NCBI GenBank assembly: GCA_049510745.1
Contig: JBEKYR010000012.1
Span: forward strand, 1-64,000
DNA from: Verrucomicrobiota bacterium
Lineage (GTDB): Bacteria > Verrucomicrobiota > Verrucomicrobiia > Limisphaerales > Palsa-1400
Reading direction: 5' to 3'
Length of the DNA: 64,000 nucleotides
Shown: one piece after another, positions 60,701-64,000 of the stretch
Layout of the letters: the number at the start of each line of letters is the position of its first letter
Numbering within the stretch: the stretch's first letter is position 1
Translations under genes and position numbers: made by a program
The notes under the pieces: model-generated
The model's input: only the letters and a program-made list of their open reading frames with translations
What the model was told of the DNA's origin: nothing
The model's database searches: none

Positions 60701-61594
60701 ATGTCAACGACGCAATGGCAGAAAACCTTGGAAATTCCGGGCCGGGTCCTGTTCTCGGAAGGCAACGGGGATATGGCGCGGCTGGAAATCAACACCGCCT
60801 GGAGCAGCGCGGAAATTTATTTGCATGGCGCGCATGTCACGCACTTCCAAAAGAAGGGCGAGCCGCCGCTCTTGTTCCTGAGCCATCTGAGCCGCTTTGC
60901 CGAAGGGGTGCCCATTCGGGGAGGCATCCCCGTGATCTTTCCCTGGTTCGGGGCGCGGGAGGGACAAAGCGCGCACGGCTTCGCCCGGCTGCAAATCTGG
61001 GAATTGCGCGAGGTGATGCAATTGTCCACCGGCGAAGTGACGGTGCATTTCTCTCTGCCGGATTCGCCGGCGGCCGCGCTGTTCGGCAAGTTTTCCGCCG
61101 ATTACTGGGTGACCGTCGGCAAGACGCTGTCGGCCCAACTGAACATCGCCAACACGTCGGAGGACCAGGATTTCCGGTTCGAGGATTGCCTGCACGCCTA
61201 TTTCAAGGTGGGGGATATCGGGGCCATTTCGATCACGGGCTTGAAAGGGGCCGATTACCTGGATAAGACGGAGAATTTCGTGCGCAAAACCGAGCGGGCC
61301 GAGCACATCAAAATCTCGCAGGAAACCGACCGCATCTATCTGGATACGGCCGCGCCGGTGGAAATACATGACTCAAGGCTGGGGCGGCGCATCCGCATCG
61401 AGAAATCCGGCTCGCTTTCCACCGTGGTGTGGAATCCGTGGGTGGACAAGGCGGAGCAGATGCCGGACTTCGGCGGGGACGAATTTCATCAGATGGTGTG
61501 CGTGGAGTCCGGCAACGTGGCGGACAGCCAGTTGACGTTGCCGGCGGGCAAGAGCAGCACGTTGAAAGTGGAATGGAGCACGCTGCCGCTGTAG
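60701..61594 (+). CDS. D-hexose-6-phosphate mutarotase (aldose 1-epimerase family)
   Basis: IRGGIPVIFPWF, HGFAR, LHAYF, VVWNPW, MVCVE. Confidence 0.92.
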   Translation: MSTTQWQKTLEIPGRVLFSEGNGDMARLEINTAWSSAEIYLHGAHVTHFQKKGEPPLLFLSHLSRFAEGVPIRGGIPVIFPWFGAREGQSAHGFARLQIWELREVMQLSTGEVTVHFSLPDSPAAALFGKFSADYWVTVGKTLSAQLNIANTSEDQDFRFEDCLHAYFKVGDIGAISITGLKGADYLDKTENFVRKTERAEHIKISQETDRIYLDTAAPVEIHDSRLGRRIRIEKSGSLSTVVWNPWVDKAEQMPDFGGDEFHQMVCVESGNVADSQLTLPAGKSSTLKVEWSTLPL

Positions 61595-61619
61595 GGGTGT
61601 GGGGGGCGTGAGTATGGAA

Positions 61620-61647
61620 TTGACAGACCGCTGAAAATCTCTACGGT
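61620..61647 (+). promoter_or_regulatory. Sigma70-type promoter
   Basis: TTGACA-16 bp-TACGGT. Confidence 0.4.
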
Positions 61648-61701
61648 GGGGGCGGTGGGCGTCGTATTTCAAAGTTGGTTGGAAAACAGGAGTTTTCCAA
61701 A

Positions 61702-63942
61702 ATGAATATCTCGAACACGATGGGTTACAACCTGGAGTTTTCGGGCGATCATCTCAAGCCCGCCTTGCTGGTGTCCCTGTTGAGCGTCTGGGTGCTGGTT
61801 TCCGTCTTCTATTATTTGAACACCTATACCCGGCGGCGCTATTTCACCATCTGGACGGCGGCCTGGTTGTTTTACGCGTTGTGGCTGACGCTCTTTTTTT
61901 GCGGGCGATCGGCGACGAAGGTGGAGCCGCCTTGGCTGGTGTGGCTGAAGCTGTGGTGCATCAGTGTTTCGGCGGTGTTCTTGCTGTGGGGCAGCCTGCG
62001 GTTTCTGGGCGAGCGGGTCAAGCAACGGCTCATCGGGTTCTGCCTGGTATTTCTGCTGGCGTGGAGTTACGTGGGCAGCCATTGGGCGGGAGCGACGCGG
62101 AATCAGATGCAATGGCCGGTCTTCGCGTTCTTCGGGCTGGCCAGCATGTTGACGGCGTTTTCCTTTTATCGGTACCGCCGGCTGCGGCGTTTTTTGGGGG
62201 GGACGTTGCTGGGCATCGGCTTTTTCAGTTGGGGAGTGTACCTGGGGTGCTTTCCGCTGTTTGAATCGGCGGCGATGGAGGCAACGGGCTTCATTGTTTC
62301 GACGGTGCTGCAACTGCTCATTGCCGTCGGCATGATCATCCTGGTCCTGGAACAGGTGCGCTATAATCACCTGCGGCAGGACTTGTATCAGAGGGAAAAA
62401 CTGCAGAGCAAGGTGTGGTTCACCGAAGAACGCTACCAGCGGCTGTTCGAGCAGGCGCACGAGGGGATTGTCATTGCCGCGCGGACGGACCTGCGCATCC
62501 TGGAACTCAACCGGGCCGCCGAGGCGATGTTGGGCGTGACGCTCCAGGAGGCCACCTCGCAATCGCTGGCGTCGTTTTGCCAGATTAAACCGCTGCCGGA
62601 CCCGGCGCCCAAGTCGGGGCGCGACTGGTTCGAGTTGATCTGCACGCAGCGGCCGCTCCACCTGGTGCATAAGAACGGCGCCCTGATTCCGGCGGAAACG
62701 ACGGGCGCGCCGATCGAATTCGGGGGACAATCGGCCTACCAGTTTTTTTTCCGGGAGTTGACCGATCAATCGCGTCTGGCGGAGCAGTTGCGGCAGGCGG
62801 AAAAGCTTTCCTCGCTCGGCCAGATGATCTCCGGTGTGGCGCACGAACTGAACAACCCGCTGGCGATCATCGGCGGCTACGTGGAACTGATCCTGCGCAC
62901 CCACGATCTGCCGCCCAAGACGCGGCTGGACCTGGAGAAGGTGGCCACCGAGAGCAACCGGGCGGCCCGCCTGGTGCGCAATTTCCTGACTTTCGCCCGC
63001 TCCCAGCCGGTCCATCGGGAAATGATCCACCTCAACGATCTCATCACCGGCGTGATCGACCTGCGCAAGTTCGATTTGTCGCTGGCCCACGTCCAGATCG
63101 AGGCGGCGTTGGATTGGACACTGCCCGCCACCAGCGTCAGTCGGGACCAAATCCAGCAGGTGCTGATCGTCTTGATCAATAATGCGATGCAGGCCATGGC
63201 CAAGGCGCCCGAACCGCGCTTGATCCGGGTCGTCACGGCGCTCAAAGGGGGCCGCATTTGGATCACCGTCGAGGACAACGGCCCCGGCGTGCCGGCGGAA
63301 ATCCAGTCGCGCATCTTCGAGCCGTTTTTCACGACCAAGGAAGTGGGAGTGGGCACCGGCCTGGGGCTGTCCATTGCGCACGGCATCATGAGCGAGCACA
63401 GGGGGCATATCCACTATGAAAAAGCGTCGCTGGGGGGAGCGGCCTTCGTGCTGGACCTGCCGATCGTCTCGATCGAGGTGCCGCGGGGCGCGACCACGCA
63501 ATTCGTCACCGCGCCCGACGGGAGGCTGACGCAGGCCGCGCCCCGGCCGGAAAAAATCCTGGTGGTGGATGACGAGAAGGCGATCGTGGAGGTGCTGGGC
63601 GAGATGCTCGGCCTGCTGGGCTACCAAACGTCTCTTTGCTACTCGGCCCGCGAGGGGCTGGAAAGGATCAGCGAGACGGCCTTCGACCTGGTGCTGTCCG
63701 ATCTGCGCATGCCGGAGATCGACGGGCCGGCCTTTTACCGCCTGGCGCTGGAGAAGGACGCGCGGCTGGAGCGGCGTTTTATATTTTTGACAGGAGACAC
63801 GGTGAACGAGGACACGAAGACGTTTTTGAGGGCCTCCGGCAAGCCGTGCCTGGCCAAGCCCTTCCGCCTGGCCGGCATCGAGGAAATCACGCGCCAGGCG
63901 CTGGCGGGACTAGGCGGGGCGCCCGACGAAATTTCGATTTGA
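61702..63942 (+). CDS. Hybrid sensor histidine kinase (7TM-PAS-HisKA-HATPase-REC)
   Basis: GVAHELNNPL, NNAMQA, DNGPG, PFFTTK, GTGLGL, LVVDDE, SDLRMP. Confidence 0.93.
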   Translation: MNISNTMGYNLEFSGDHLKPALLVSLLSVWVLVSVFYYLNTYTRRRYFTIWTAAWLFYALWLTLFFCGRSATKVEPPWLVWLKLWCISVSAVFLLWGSLRFLGERVKQRLIGFCLVFLLAWSYVGSHWAGATRNQMQWPVFAFFGLASMLTAFSFYRYRRLRRFLGGTLLGIGFFSWGVYLGCFPLFESAAMEATGFIVSTVLQLLIAVGMIILVLEQVRYNHLRQDLYQREKLQSKVWFTEERYQRLFEQAHEGIVIAARTDLRILELNRAAEAMLGVTLQEATSQSLASFCQIKPLPDPAPKSGRDWFELICTQRPLHLVHKNGALIPAETTGAPIEFGGQSAYQFFFRELTDQSRLAEQLRQAEKLSSLGQMISGVAHELNNPLAIIGGYVELILRTHDLPPKTRLDLEKVATESNRAARLVRNFLTFARSQPVHREMIHLNDLITGVIDLRKFDLSLAHVQIEAALDWTLPATSVSRDQIQQVLIVLINNAMQAMAKAPEPRLIRVVTALKGGRIWITVEDNGPGVPAEIQSRIFEPFFTTKEVGVGTGLGLSIAHGIMSEHRGHIHYEKASLGGAAFVLDLPIVSIEVPRGATTQFVTAPDGRLTQAAPRPEKILVVDDEKAIVEVLGEMLGLLGYQTSLCYSAREGLERISETAFDLVLSDLRMPEIDGPAFYRLALEKDARLERRFIFLTGDTVNEDTKTFLRASGKPCLAKPFRLAGIEEITRQALAGLGGAPDEISI

Positions 63943-64000
63943 CAGTTCCAAATTTTCAATTCCCGTTGCCGCGCGGTTACGGCGGGCGGGAATGATCCCG

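Overview
GC-rich bacterial chromosomal window. It is most likely Verrucomicrobiota (subdivision-3/Pedosphaera-like), inferred from a VPDxG-CTERM protein, large secreted proteins with a Y-x-x-Q..L..W..F-x-R-V C-terminal domain and the intergenic repeat types. The housekeeping backbone comprises lipA, a SWIM-SNF2 helicase, xylB, uvrB, a dinG-like helicase, pdxH, apbE, SRP RNA-dnaX-ybaB-recR, an ECF sigma operon, a DUF4175/prenyltransferase-type operon and a hybrid kinase. Four repeat-rich accessory patches interrupt it. (1) About 5.6-7.3 kb: REP/REPIN palindromes, a methyltransferase-type C-terminal remnant and a PEP-CTERM gene. (2) About 10.6-21.7 kb: a glycan cassette with two tandem GH95-like paralogues (one frameshifted in a G7 run), a carboxylesterase, a GH51, an internally deleted DUF5060/DUF5605-type gene and a truncated DNA methyltransferase. 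(3) About 27.7-29.7 kb: a zinc deaminase-HATPase-wHTH fusion followed by two 32-bp palindromic direct repeats, the best candidate for an undescribed system. (4) About 33.4-38 kb: lower-GC cassette-like ORFs with a degenerate attC-like site, two antitoxins whose toxin genes are cut after a few codons, and a His-less kinase remnant. All family assignments come from recognising motifs by eye; no database search was run.
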